A stretch of 64,000 nt of DNA from Segatella copri (GCA_021623045.1 JAJWJX010000003.1:29995-93994); one strand, 5' to 3'; positions 9,146 to 22,337 are shown, numbered from the stretch's first letter. Notes: a model not told the origin generated them from the sequence alone. A program made the numbers and translations.

Positions 9146-12100
9146 TTAGAATGAAAGGTTTACGCCGATGGTGTAGGTGCGAGCCTGTGGATATACACCA
9201 TAGTCTACACCGAGAGAAGTACCACCTGATGAGATTTCAGGGTCGAAGCCCCAATACTTGGTCCAGGTAATCAGGTTCTCTGCCATCACGTAGAAACGCA
9301 AGTGACTGATAGACAACTTCTGTGTAAGCTGCTTTGGCAAGGTGTAACCCAAAGAGATGTTCTTCAATCTTAAGTAAGAGCCATCGCAAAGATAGAGGTC
9401 AGAAACCTGCCAGTTGGTAGCATCGCCATTCTTCAGGATAGGATACTTATTGGAGGTACCCTCGCCAGTCCATCGATCGAGCATCCAAGTAGGGAAGTTG
9501 CCAGAGAACACATCTGTACGATAGGTTGCATCAAATACCTTATTACCCGTTACGCCCTGCAAGAAGAGGTTGAGGTCGAAGCCCTTCCACTCTGCATTGA
9601 AGTTGAAACCGAAGGTCCACTTTGGTGTACCATTACCAATATTGGTGCGGTCGTCTGGAGAAATCTCACCATCGCCATTAACATCTACGAAACGTACATC
9701 ACCTGGCTTGGCATCTGGCATAATCATATTGCCATCCTTGTTGACGTAAGCCTGAACCTCTGCCATATTCTGGAACACACCAGCTGTCTTATAACCATAG
9801 AAGTATGGGAAAGGCTGACCGTTAGATCCACGAGTGCCACCACCAGAGATACCCAGGAAGCCATCGAGGTCGATGTAACCTGTATCATTACCGAGGTTGG
9901 TCAACTCATTGTGCAGATAGGTAACATTAGCCTTGGCATTGAAGCGAGCATCAGAGATGTGCCACTTATAGCCGAGCTCAAACTCAAGACCTGAGTTCTT
10001 CATGTCACCCACGTTACCGATTGGCTTGGTCTCACCTACGTAGCTTGGGATAGGCATAGTAATCAACATACCGTTGGTCTTCTTTACATAATAGTCAGCT
10101 GAGAATGTCAGCGCACTGCCGAAGAAACCGAAGTCGAAACCGATATCAGTCTGCTCACTCTCCTCCCACTTCAAGTCTTCATTGGCTGTGGCATTCGCCT
10201 TAGAACCATTAAACTTGACTGCATTCTTTCCGAAGAGCACGTTGTTGCCCATAGCGGTCAATACGGTATAACGGAAGTCACCGATGTTATCATTACCATT
10301 CTTACCCCAGCTGGCACGGAACTTCAAGTTGCTCAACCAATCGCGAGTACTTTCCATGAATTTCTCGTTCATAATATTCCATCCGATAGAGGCAGATGGG
10401 AAGGTACCATATTTATGAGATGGTCCGAAACGGCTTGAACCATCTCGGCGGATTGTAGCCTGAAGCATGTACTTCTCATCATAGTTATAGCTCAATCGAC
10501 CGAAGAGAGAAGATATAGCATGCACTACATTATTGCCACCTGATACAGCATGCTCAATGGTTGGAGCACCTACAGAGATGATGTTACCGTCAGCATCCTT
10601 CACGATGGTCTGGCTATATTTACCAGTAGCATAGTCGATAGAAGGCTTGTTTACATTCACAAGATTCCAACGGCTGCCGTTCAGATAATCACTCTTATTC
10701 TTCATTGCACTCTGACCTAAGACAACAGCAAAACTATGCTTGCCAATAGTCTTATCGTATGTCAAAGTATTCTCCACCTGCCAGTTGATACCCTTGTCAG
10801 AACTCTTGTAAGCCTGGGTATGCTCAGCCTTGACGTTACCAGAGAGGTAATACTTGGATGCGGTGTAGCTATCTGAACCCCAGAAGCTGAGGTCTGCACT
10901 ATAAGTGAAATGATACTTCAAGTTATCCCAGAGCTGGAGGTCGATAGAGAACTTAGGCACAAACTTATGTGACCAGTTCTTAGCTGCTGGGCGCGCCATC
11001 ATGGCAAGAGGGTTGTTCATCTCCTGATAGGTACCTCCCATACCTGGGATGGTATAATAGTTGCCATTGGCATCACGAAGAAGCTCGTAAGTATCACGAG
11101 TACCTGTAATATTACCATCTGCATCGTATGTATTAGGATCCTCGTAGGTATTATAATACTTCTTCGCCACATTGCTATTGGTTACCGTAGGAGCCAATGT
11201 TGGAGCAAGATAGAGGGCACTACCCAATACTGAGCCATTACTATTAGCATCGATACCTGTACTCTTTACACGGGTGTAAGCCATGTTGACGGTTACATCG
11301 AGCTTGTTGAGGAAGTTGCGATCCTTGCTGGCATCCAATACATTATAAATATTGTTGCTACGCATAGAGAGACGCTCATAGTTGCTCTGTCCGTAGTTAC
11401 CACCTACGATACCTTCCTGCTTGTAGTAGCCCATGGAGAGGTAGTAGTTGATTTTTTCAGAGGCACCACTGATGCTTACCTCATGGTTCTGTACAGGGGC
11501 ATTGTCGTTGAATACCAAGTCCTGCCAATCAGTACCAAATCCATTGATAGGATTGCCATTAGAGTCAGTCAGTTTGTATGGATCAGCAAAGATAGGAGCC
11601 TGACCACCATTCACTGCACGCTCGTTCTGAAGGATGGCGTAGTCAGTGGCGCTTGTTACATCACGCTTCTTCCATGCGCTTTGCCAACCGTAAGAGAAGT
11701 TATAGTTGATCTGTGCCTTTCCTATCTTACCCTTCTTGGTGGTTACGAGAATTACACCGTTGGCAGCACGAGCACCATAGATAGCACCCGAAGCAGCATC
11801 CTTCAACACCTCGATACTCTCGATATCACTAGGGTTGAGATAGTCGAGACCACCCTCGATAGGCATGCCGTCTACGATGTAGAGAGGATCCGAATTGCTG
11901 ATAGTACCTGTACCGCGAATACGGACTTTAGGAGATGCACCAGGCTGTCCTGAAGAAGAGGTTACGTTGACACCGGCAGCCAGACCCTTCAATGCGTTAT
12001 CAACACGCACTGGGCTCTTGCCAGCCAAATCTTCGGTGCTCACTTTAGCGATAGCAGCAGTTACCACGCTCTTCTTCTGAACACCGTAACCTACAACAAC

Positions 12101-12406
12101 CACTTCGTCCAAAGCTTTGTCGTCTTGTTTCAGAGTAATCTTCATGTTGGCTGAAGGACGAATCTCTGCATCCTTGTAGCCAATGTAGGTGATAACCAAG
12201 GTCTGGTTAGCATCTGCATCGATGACAAAGTTACCATCAAGGTCGGTAATTGCACCGGCACCCTTGACGCCTTTAACCTGTACGGTGGCTCCGATAACGG
12301 GTTCACCCAGATCATCCAACACGACACCCTTAAAGGTGTTTTTCTGTGCGAGCGCTGACGTCGACATCAATAATGCAGTCGCCAGCAATAGACTTTTTGT
12401 TTTCAT
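9146..12406 (-). CDS. susC: SusC/RagA-family TonB-dependent transporter
   Basis: N-terminal carboxypeptidase-regulatory-like domain (GVVLDDLGEPVIGATVQVKG), a plug domain and a C-terminal barrel ending in F. 1086 aa. Confidence 0.95.
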   Translation of the reverse strand: MKTKSLLLATALLMSTSALAQKNTFKGVVLDDLGEPVIGATVQVKGVKGAGAITDLDGNFVIDADANQTLVITYIGYKDAEIRPSANMKITLKQDDKALDEVVVVGYGVQKKSVVTAAIAKVSTEDLAGKSPVRVDNALKGLAAGVNVTSSSGQPGASPKVRIRGTGTISNSDPLYIVDGMPIEGGLDYLNPSDIESIEVLKDAASGAIYGARAANGVILVTTKKGKIGKAQINYNFSYGWQSAWKKRDVTSATDYAILQNERAVNGGQAPIFADPYKLTDSNGNPINGFGTDWQDLVFNDNAPVQNHEVSISGASEKINYYLSMGYYKQEGIVGGNYGQSNYERLSMRSNNIYNVLDASKDRNFLNKLDVTVNMAYTRVKSTGIDANSNGSVLGSALYLAPTLAPTVTNSNVAKKYYNTYEDPNTYDADGNITGTRDTYELLRDANGNYYTIPGMGGTYQEMNNPLAMMARPAAKNWSHKFVPKFSIDLQLWDNLKYHFTYSADLSFWGSDSYTASKYYLSGNVKAEHTQAYKSSDKGINWQVENTLTYDKTIGKHSFAVVLGQSAMKNKSDYLNGSRWNLVNVNKPSIDYATGKYSQTIVKDADGNIISVGAPTIEHAVSGGNNVVHAISSLFGRLSYNYDEKYMLQATIRRDGSSRFGPSHKYGTFPSASIGWNIMNEKFMESTRDWLSNLKFRASWGKNGNDNIGDFRYTVLTAMGNNVLFGKNAVKFNGSKANATANEDLKWEESEQTDIGFDFGFFGSALTFSADYYVKKTNGMLITMPIPSYVGETKPIGNVGDMKNSGLEFELGYKWHISDARFNAKANVTYLHNELTNLGNDTGYIDLDGFLGISGGGTRGSNGQPFPYFYGYKTAGVFQNMAEVQAYVNKDGNMIMPDAKPGDVRFVDVNGDGEISPDDRTNIGNGTPKWTFGFNFNAEWKGFDLNLFLQGVTGNKVFDATYRTDVFSGNFPTWMLDRWTGEGTSNKYPILKNGDATNWQVSDLYLCDGSYLRLKNISLGYTLPKQLTQKLSISHLRFYVMAENLITWTKYWGFDPEISSGGTSLGVDYGVYPQARTYTIGVNLSF

Positions 12407-12641
12407 ATTCGATTATTAGTTTAGAAAAATATCTGTTTGTTAGTTCACTCTATTATAATAATGTTTAAGACTGTGCGGCTGTGCATTTCCTAAAATGCGT
12501 TAAGCCGTGTTTTCGATTGCAAATACAATATGATTTTTTGATAATTCCTAGCCCCTTCAACAGATAAGTGGGAAAAATACTTGCTTCAAACAACTTATAT
12601 CGTTAGTTTTCAGATACTTATCTATTTTCAACAACTATACG

Positions 12642-12654
12642 AAAGTGGATGGGG
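12642..12654 (-). promoter_or_regulatory. Candidate operator CCCCATCCACTTT (minus strand) upstream of susC
   Basis: One of three copies of CC[CG]CATCCACTTT-like 13-mers confined to this PUL's promoter regions. Confidence 0.3.
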
Positions 12655-12786
12655 TAAAATGGAGAAAATGAGGCTAGAACACCCCTGAAACGTTATATCA
12701 GTATATTTCAGTGTTCACACTCTGCCACTTTTCAATAACGCACATAGCTCATTATACTTCTCATTATCAACAACTTACAAAAGTTA

Positions 12787-12794
12787 TATTTTTG
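12787..12794 (+). promoter_or_regulatory. -7 box TATTTTTG upstream of GH3 gene 1
   Basis: Exact TAnnTTTG match. A second box, TAATTTTG, lies at 12846-12853. Confidence 0.45.
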
Positions 12795-12795
12795 C

Positions 12796-12808
12796 ACCCA
12801 TCCACTTT
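12796..12808 (+). promoter_or_regulatory. Candidate operator ACCCATCCACTTT abutting the -7 box
   Basis: Second copy of the shared 13-mer. Confidence 0.3.
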
Positions 12809-12845
12809 TCACTTATCACCCATCATTTTTTCATTATTTATTTAG

Positions 12846-12853
12846 TAATTTTG
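12846..12853 (+). promoter_or_regulatory. -7 box TAATTTTG upstream of GH3 gene 1 (alternative)
   Basis: Exact TAnnTTTG match ~100 nt before ATG 12956. Confidence 0.45.
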
Positions 12854-12955
12854 CAGATGAATGAGCATATACGCCTAAAACGCACAAAAAACGTGAGAGG
12901 CGGTGTGCAAAACAAACAACTGCGAGAAATAAACAAACCATAATAAATATTACTT

Positions 12956-15220
12956 ATGAAACAGTTCATTTTATCATGTGTCCTGTCGGTTGCAGCCATC
13001 GCTCCATCTCAGGCACAGCAGACTACCAGACAATTGCCTGTCTATCTCGACCAGACCAAACCGGTAGAGCAGCGCATCGATGATGCCATCTCCCGCATGA
13101 CGCTGGCAGAGAAGATACGCATCATCCATGCTCAGAGCAAGTTTTCATCAGCCGGTGTACCACGTTTGGGATTTCCTGACTTCTGGACGGATGACGGACC
13201 TCACGGAGTGCGTCCTGACGTATTGTGGGATGAGTGGGAACAGGCTGGTCAGACCAACGACTCCTGTGTAGCCTTCCCTGCCCTCACCTGTCTTGCCGCA
13301 TCATGGAATCCGCAGATGAGCCGCATCTATGGCGAAGCATTGGGCGAAGAAGCCCTGTATCGCGGCAAGGACATGATTCTGGGTCCTGGCGTCAACATCT
13401 ACCGCACGCCTCTCAACGGCCGCAACTTCGAGTATATGGGCGAAGATCCGTTCCTGGCAAGCATCATGGTTGTGCCGTATATCCAGGGATTGCAGTCTAA
13501 GGGCGTATCAGCCTGCGTAAAGCACTATTGCCTGAACAACGATGAGGAATACCGCCATCAGGTCAACGTAATCGTCAGCGACCGTGCTCTCCACGAAATC
13601 TATCTCCCTGCCTTCAAGGCGGCTGTTGAGAAGGGTAAGACATGGGGCATCATGGGAGCCTACAACCTATATAAGAATGAGCACAACTGCCACAACCAGT
13701 GGACCCTGAACAAGATTCTGAAGGGCGACTGGAAGTATGATGGTGTCGTGGTAAGCGACTGGGGCGGTGCCCACGACCTGGAGCAGTCTGTAAAGAACGG
13801 GCTGGATATGGAGTTCGGCACCTGGACAGACGGTCTTACGATGGGCGCTACCAATGCCTACGACAACTATTATCTCTCCATGCCTTACATGAAGGCCATA
13901 CAGGAAGGCAAGTTCACCCAGAAGGAGCTGGACGATAAGGTGCGCCGCGTATTGCGCCTCTTCTATCGCACCACGATGAATCCGAACCGCCCTCATGGTT
14001 TCCTCTGTTCCGAGAGCCATTATGCAGCAGCCAGACAGATTGCCGAGGAAGGCATCGTATTGCTCCAGAACAGGAACAATGTGCTCCCTATCAACACCCA
14101 GAAGGCTAAGCGCATACTGGTAGTAGGCGAGAATGCCATCAAGATGATGACCGTAGGCGGAGGCTCTTCTTCGCTCAAGGTACAGCGCGAGATTTCGCCT
14201 CTCGATGGCCTGAAGACACGCCTGGGCAAGGACGGCATCGAGGTAGATTATGCCCGCGGATATGTGGGCGATATAACGGGCAACTACAATGGCGTTACAA
14301 CCGGCCAAAACCTGGAAGACAAGCGCAGCGAGGCTGAACTGATAGCCGAAGCCGTAGAGAAAGCCAAGACAGCCGACTATGTCATCATGTTTGGTGGTCT
14401 GAACAAGAGCGATTTCCAGGACTGTGAGGGTCACGACCGCAAGCATTATGAGTTGCCATACCATCAGGATAAGCTGATCGAGGCTTTGGCTAAGGCAAAC
14501 AGAAACTTCGTTTATGTCAACATCTCGGGCAATGCGGTAGCTATGCCTTGGAAGGCTAAGGTAGCCGGCATCGTACAGGGCTGGTTTATCGGTTCGGAGA
14601 GCGGCGAAGCCCTGGCAAGCATCCTTACAGGCGATGCCAACCCTAGCGGCAAGTTGCCGTTTACATGGGTCAATTCCCTGAAGGAAGTAGGTGCTCATGC
14701 TCTCAATACCTATCCGGGAACCTGGCGTCAGGAAGGTGGAGCCAGCACGAGGGGCAACATCATTGATGAGGAATATAAGGAAGGCATCTATGTAGGTTAC
14801 CGCTGGACCGATAAGGAGCGCATCAAGCCTACCTTTGCATTCGGTCACGGCCTGAGCTACACCCAGTTTGCCATCTCCAATCTCCGCAGCGACAAGGCGC
14901 AGATGAAGCAGGATGGCACTATCACCTTTACCGTAAACGTAAAGAATACCGGAAAGCGTGCCGGATCTGAGACGGTTCAGCTCTATATCCACGATGTCAA
15001 GGCATCAGTAGATCGCCCTCAGAAGGAGCTGAAGGGATTTCAGAAGGTTTATCTCCAGCCAGGCGAGAGCAAGGATATCAGCATCACCATCAGCAAAGAG
15101 GCCCTCAGTTTCTACGATGAGGCATCTTCATCCTGGAAGGCTGAAGCCGGAAAGTTTGAGGCTCTTGTTGGTAATGCAGCCGATAACCTGAAGCTCAAGA
15201 AAGCCTTCGAACTCTTTTAA
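12956..15220 (+). CDS. GH3 beta-glucosidase (secreted/periplasmic)
   Basis: Signal peptide, GH3 nucleophile context GVVVSDWGGAHD and a C-terminal FnIII-like domain. 754 aa. Confidence 0.93.
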   Translation: MKQFILSCVLSVAAIAPSQAQQTTRQLPVYLDQTKPVEQRIDDAISRMTLAEKIRIIHAQSKFSSAGVPRLGFPDFWTDDGPHGVRPDVLWDEWEQAGQTNDSCVAFPALTCLAASWNPQMSRIYGEALGEEALYRGKDMILGPGVNIYRTPLNGRNFEYMGEDPFLASIMVVPYIQGLQSKGVSACVKHYCLNNDEEYRHQVNVIVSDRALHEIYLPAFKAAVEKGKTWGIMGAYNLYKNEHNCHNQWTLNKILKGDWKYDGVVVSDWGGAHDLEQSVKNGLDMEFGTWTDGLTMGATNAYDNYYLSMPYMKAIQEGKFTQKELDDKVRRVLRLFYRTTMNPNRPHGFLCSESHYAAARQIAEEGIVLLQNRNNVLPINTQKAKRILVVGENAIKMMTVGGGSSSLKVQREISPLDGLKTRLGKDGIEVDYARGYVGDITGNYNGVTTGQNLEDKRSEAELIAEAVEKAKTADYVIMFGGLNKSDFQDCEGHDRKHYELPYHQDKLIEALAKANRNFVYVNISGNAVAMPWKAKVAGIVQGWFIGSESGEALASILTGDANPSGKLPFTWVNSLKEVGAHALNTYPGTWRQEGGASTRGNIIDEEYKEGIYVGYRWTDKERIKPTFAFGHGLSYTQFAISNLRSDKAQMKQDGTITFTVNVKNTGKRAGSETVQLYIHDVKASVDRPQKELKGFQKVYLQPGESKDISITISKEALSFYDEASSSWKAEAGKFEALVGNAADNLKLKKAFELF

Positions 15221-15282
15221 AAAGAATGATTCGATTCTGAGAAATTGAACAGACGGGAGAAATAAATATAACGCATAAAAGC

Positions 15283-15312
15283 TTGACGTCGTAAAACGCG
15301 ACGTCAAACTTT
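15283..15312 (+). terminator. Terminator-like hairpin after GH3 gene 1 (also the head of repeat module A1)
   Basis: TTGACGTCG pairs with CGACGTCAA, followed by ACTTTTATT. Confidence 0.55.
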
Positions 15313-15757
15313 TATTGTATTCCCCTACTTTTCATCCATCGACAAACTCGTAAAAACCGGGATTTTCAAAAAAATATCAATATCCTGATTATCAGACAAT
15401 TAACCAACTTGATGTTGTAAAACACAACGCATGGGTACCCGAAGCATTCGCTCTTACCACAAAATAGTTAGTAATCTGATTATCAAATGGTTAACCTATT
15501 TGACGCCCTATTTCAGGGCGTCAAACTTTTTATACGATTTCTCTCGCTCCTCATCCATCACCAAGTTCGTAGAAACAGGGATACACAAAACATCAATATT
15601 TTGATTATCAGATGACTACCCATGCATCGCGAAACACGATGCATGGGTACCTGAAGAATTTACTCAATTTCTAAAAACAACCAACACTCTGATTATCGGT
15701 TAGTTAACCAACTTGAAACCCTAAAATAGGGTACATGGGTACCTGGAGCATTTACTC
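15283..15757 (+). repeat. Alternating structured repeat modules A1-B1-A2-B2-B3
   Basis: A modules start at 15283 and 15499 (TTGACG-hairpin-CGTCAAACTTTT ... CATCCATC ... ATCAATATYYTGATTATCAGA). B modules consist of a hairpin plus the box CATGGGTACCYGRAGMATTYRCTC (15430-15453, 15642-15665, 15734-15757). CTGATTATC or TTGATTATC occurs 4 times, and TTAACCWAYTTGA 3 times. Confidence 0.85.
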
Positions 15758-15782
15758 CTGAATTTTTGCAAGTTTTCGCCAC

Positions 15783-15980
15783 ACGCCCTGAAAGGGCAGA
15801 AGCTCCTAGCCCAGGGCATCGCCCTGGGTAATTACGGACGCAAACCTGTCGCCCTGTAAGGGCAAAAGCTTTAAAATATCTGGCAATATACAAAGCTTTT
15901 GCCCTTACAGGGCGTCTTGCTGATTGCCATTATACCCAGGGCGCTGCCCTGGGCTAGGAGCTTCTGCCCTTTCAGGGCGT
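15783..15980. repeat. 198-bp composite palindrome built of GCCCT-N3-AGGGC mini-hairpins
   Basis: Outer arms 15783-15827 and 15936-15980 match 44/45. Inner arms 15848-15872 and 15893-15917 match 24/25. Confidence 0.9.
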
Positions 15981-16053
15981 GCTGCTTATAAAAAAAACTT
16001 GACACATCATTTCAAGTAACAAGATTTCAGATGATCTTCTGGAAAAAGAGCAA

Positions 16054-16260
16054 AGCGTTAAAGCGTGACAGTTGTGACAGTTGTGACAGTTTTCAGCGGA
16101 GGGGTACATGCATTTCCCCTACTTTCAATCTGTAAGTATTATATATTTACTTATATATTTATATAATTATATAAATATATAAGTAACCTCTAAGTAGAGG
16201 AAAAAGGGAGGGTCGCGCTGAAAACTGTCACAACTGTCACAACTGTCACACTGTAACGCT
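16054..16260. repeat. 207-bp palindromic element with 45-bp inverted repeats containing (GTGACAGTT)x3
   Basis: Arms 16054-16098 and 16216-16260 match 43/45. The 117-bp core holds a perfect 38-bp AT-rich palindrome at 16148-16185. Confidence 0.9.
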
Positions 16261-16337
16261 TAGGTCTACCTGACGAAACCAATACGTTCATCAACAAATC
16301 TACCTTCTCTTCCGGTAAAACTTATTGATATCTGCTC

Positions 16338-16384
16338 GCCTACTCATAGTTTCTCTCCTGCTAAAACTATGAGTAGGCTTTATT
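16338..16384 (+). terminator. Orphan plus-strand terminator-like hairpin
   Basis: Perfect 14-bp arms GCCTACTCATAGTT and AACTATGAGTAGGC, followed by TTTATT. There is no plus-strand CDS upstream of it. Confidence 0.45.
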
Positions 16385-16502
16385 GGCTCGGAAAAACACG
16401 AGTGTTAAATTCGTTTAACAGAACTCTGCGGCGCGATTTTTGGCGGTAACAGAAATATGTTGTACCTTTGCAGCACATTTCTCCCATCACGCCCAGAAAG
16501 GC

Positions 16503-20827
<4,325 letters not shown>

Positions 20828-20835
20828 ACAAGAAA

Positions 20836-20895
20836 AATCGCCCTGTAAAGAGCAAAGCATAGCTTGAAAGATGCTTTACTTCTTACAGGGCGATT
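20836..20895 (+). terminator. Long hairpin after GH3 gene 2
   Basis: AATCGCCCTGTAAAG pairs with CTTACAGGGCGATT around an inner AAAGCAT/ATGCTTT stem. The arms share CGCCCTGTAA with the palindrome at 15848-15917. No T-run. Confidence 0.5.
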
Positions 20896-20952
20896 ATCAT
20901 CTACTGAGCCCACTCCAACAGAAGGCTCAGTTATGGATTCTATCCTTCAGGA

Positions 20953-21831
20953 TTACTTAGTCATCTCGAAACCTACACGCATACCATCGTAATTATTAGC
21001 GATAGTACCGATAGCGCTGAGGGTAGAACTGCCCTTGAGGGCACCCATGGTCTTGATGAGGTTGAGCAACTTTGTCTGGTCGAAGAGCAGGCTGATGCCG
21101 TTGGTAGTCTTCGTAGCATAGCCCGACATACTCAAGAGCAAGCCCTTCATCTGAATGGCATGAGTCTTCTCATCAAAAGTATAATTGCCCTGCCATGACT
21201 TGCCGTCAATCTTGGCTGCGAAAGTTCCATCAGTTTTGAAGGTGAAATAGGTATTTGAGCCGCTGAAACCAAACTTGCTGTAATACTCACCCAACTTCTC
21301 CTCTACCTTGTTGGCAGCAATCTCACCGCCAGCCTTTGCCAGGAGATTCTCAGAGGTAAAGGCGCATCCCGGCTTGCTGTACTTCCAGGTATGGGCACAG
21401 AGATCCTGCTTGCTGAAGGTACCTGAACCGATTACATTATTCAGAATGCCATTGATAATACTGCTACCTGCAGAACTGCTGCTGTTAGAGTTTCCACCCA
21501 GTACAGCACCCAAGATACCTGCAACGGCTGAGCCTGCATTGCTGGTTGCACTGGTAGATGTAGCGGTATTGCTGGTTGTTGCTGCAGTTGTTGTTGCTGT
21601 CGCAGCTGTTGTGTTAGATGCAGCAGAAGTTGTTTTCTTTGTAGAAGTCTTCTTGGTCGTAGTCTTCTTTGAAGTCTTCTTAGAAGTTTTCTTTGTTGTC
21701 TTCTTAGTCGTTTTCTTTACCGGCATCATCTCAGACATTGAGGCATTGAGCGCTGCCTCGTTCATAGCGCTTGCGTTGCTGCCAGCTGTGCATGCGAGCA
21801 CGAGGGCAGCCAAAAGAAATACCTTTTTCAT
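20953..21831 (-). CDS. Secreted DUF4923/lipocalin-like protein with a K/T-rich and T/A/S-rich low-complexity linker
   Basis: Signal peptide, (KKTT/KKTS) repeats, and a C-terminal domain with HTWKYSKPGCAFTSENLLAKAGG. 292 aa. Confidence 0.7.
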   Translation of the reverse strand: MKKVFLLAALVLACTAGSNASAMNEAALNASMSEMMPVKKTTKKTTKKTSKKTSKKTTTKKTSTKKTTSAASNTTAATATTTAATTSNTATSTSATSNAGSAVAGILGAVLGGNSNSSSSAGSSIINGILNNVIGSGTFSKQDLCAHTWKYSKPGCAFTSENLLAKAGGEIAANKVEEKLGEYYSKFGFSGSNTYFTFKTDGTFAAKIDGKSWQGNYTFDEKTHAIQMKGLLLSMSGYATKTTNGISLLFDQTKLLNLIKTMGALKGSSTLSAIGTIANNYDGMRVGFEMTK

Positions 21832-22185
21832 TGCTTTCTATATATTTATTTTTATCACTCTTATTTATATATACCCAATACTTCCTATTGTTCTTTCGGG
21901 TGCAAAGTTCGCAAAAAAATCGGAAATACGATAAGAAAAATCCCTATTTCGCGGTATGAATCTCCCTAAAAACTCATCATTTCTGCTCTTTCTACGTTAT
22001 TATAGACGATTGCGATGACAATTCGTTTAAAAGATAATGAAAAAAATCGTTCAGGAAATACCAATTATCATTTTAAAGGGGGAAAACTGCTCAAACGATT
22101 GCACTTTTTTTTGACATACATCAAAAAATAACGAATAAAACACGTATTTTCATGCATTTTATACCTAGAAATAGGTAGAAACCCC

Positions 22186-22193
22186 TATCTTTG
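22186..22193 (+). promoter_or_regulatory. -7 box TATCTTTG heading a short plus-strand unit
   Basis: Exact TAnnTTTG match 28 nt before ATG 22221. Confidence 0.45.
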
Positions 22194-22220
22194 CAAGCGG
22201 TTAACAAATATCAATAGGTT

Positions 22221-22337
22221 ATGAATGATTTAATTAAGGTAAATTCAGAAAATCAGAATCAGGCTATCGATAGATGCCAACAGATTCTTCAGGATCGCCG
22301 AGAGGCTCTTGCCTCTAAGGCAAAGAGAAGAGGTTAA
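22221..22337 (+). CDS. Possible small protein, 38 aa (MNDLIKVNSENQNQAIDRCQQILQDRREALASKAKRRG)
   Basis: ATG at a canonical distance from the -7 box. No family recognised, and below the ORF-track length cut-off. Confidence 0.3.
   Translation: MNDLIKVNSENQNQAIDRCQQILQDRREALASKAKRRG

Noticed and set aside
13667-14992. 441-aa minus-strand ORF inside GH3 gene 1
   Set aside because: This is an antisense shadow ORF. The plus strand has clear GH3 motifs and a signal peptide; the antisense product is compositionally aberrant.
15693-15893. 66-aa minus-strand ORF
   Set aside because: It spans repeat module B3 and half of the 198-bp palindrome. The R/G/P-rich product derives from the GCCCTG/CAGGGC repeats.
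21308-21934. 208-aa plus-strand ORF
   Set aside because: It is antisense to the DUF4923-like gene. The product is a low-complexity V/F/A run that mirrors the K/T repeat tract.
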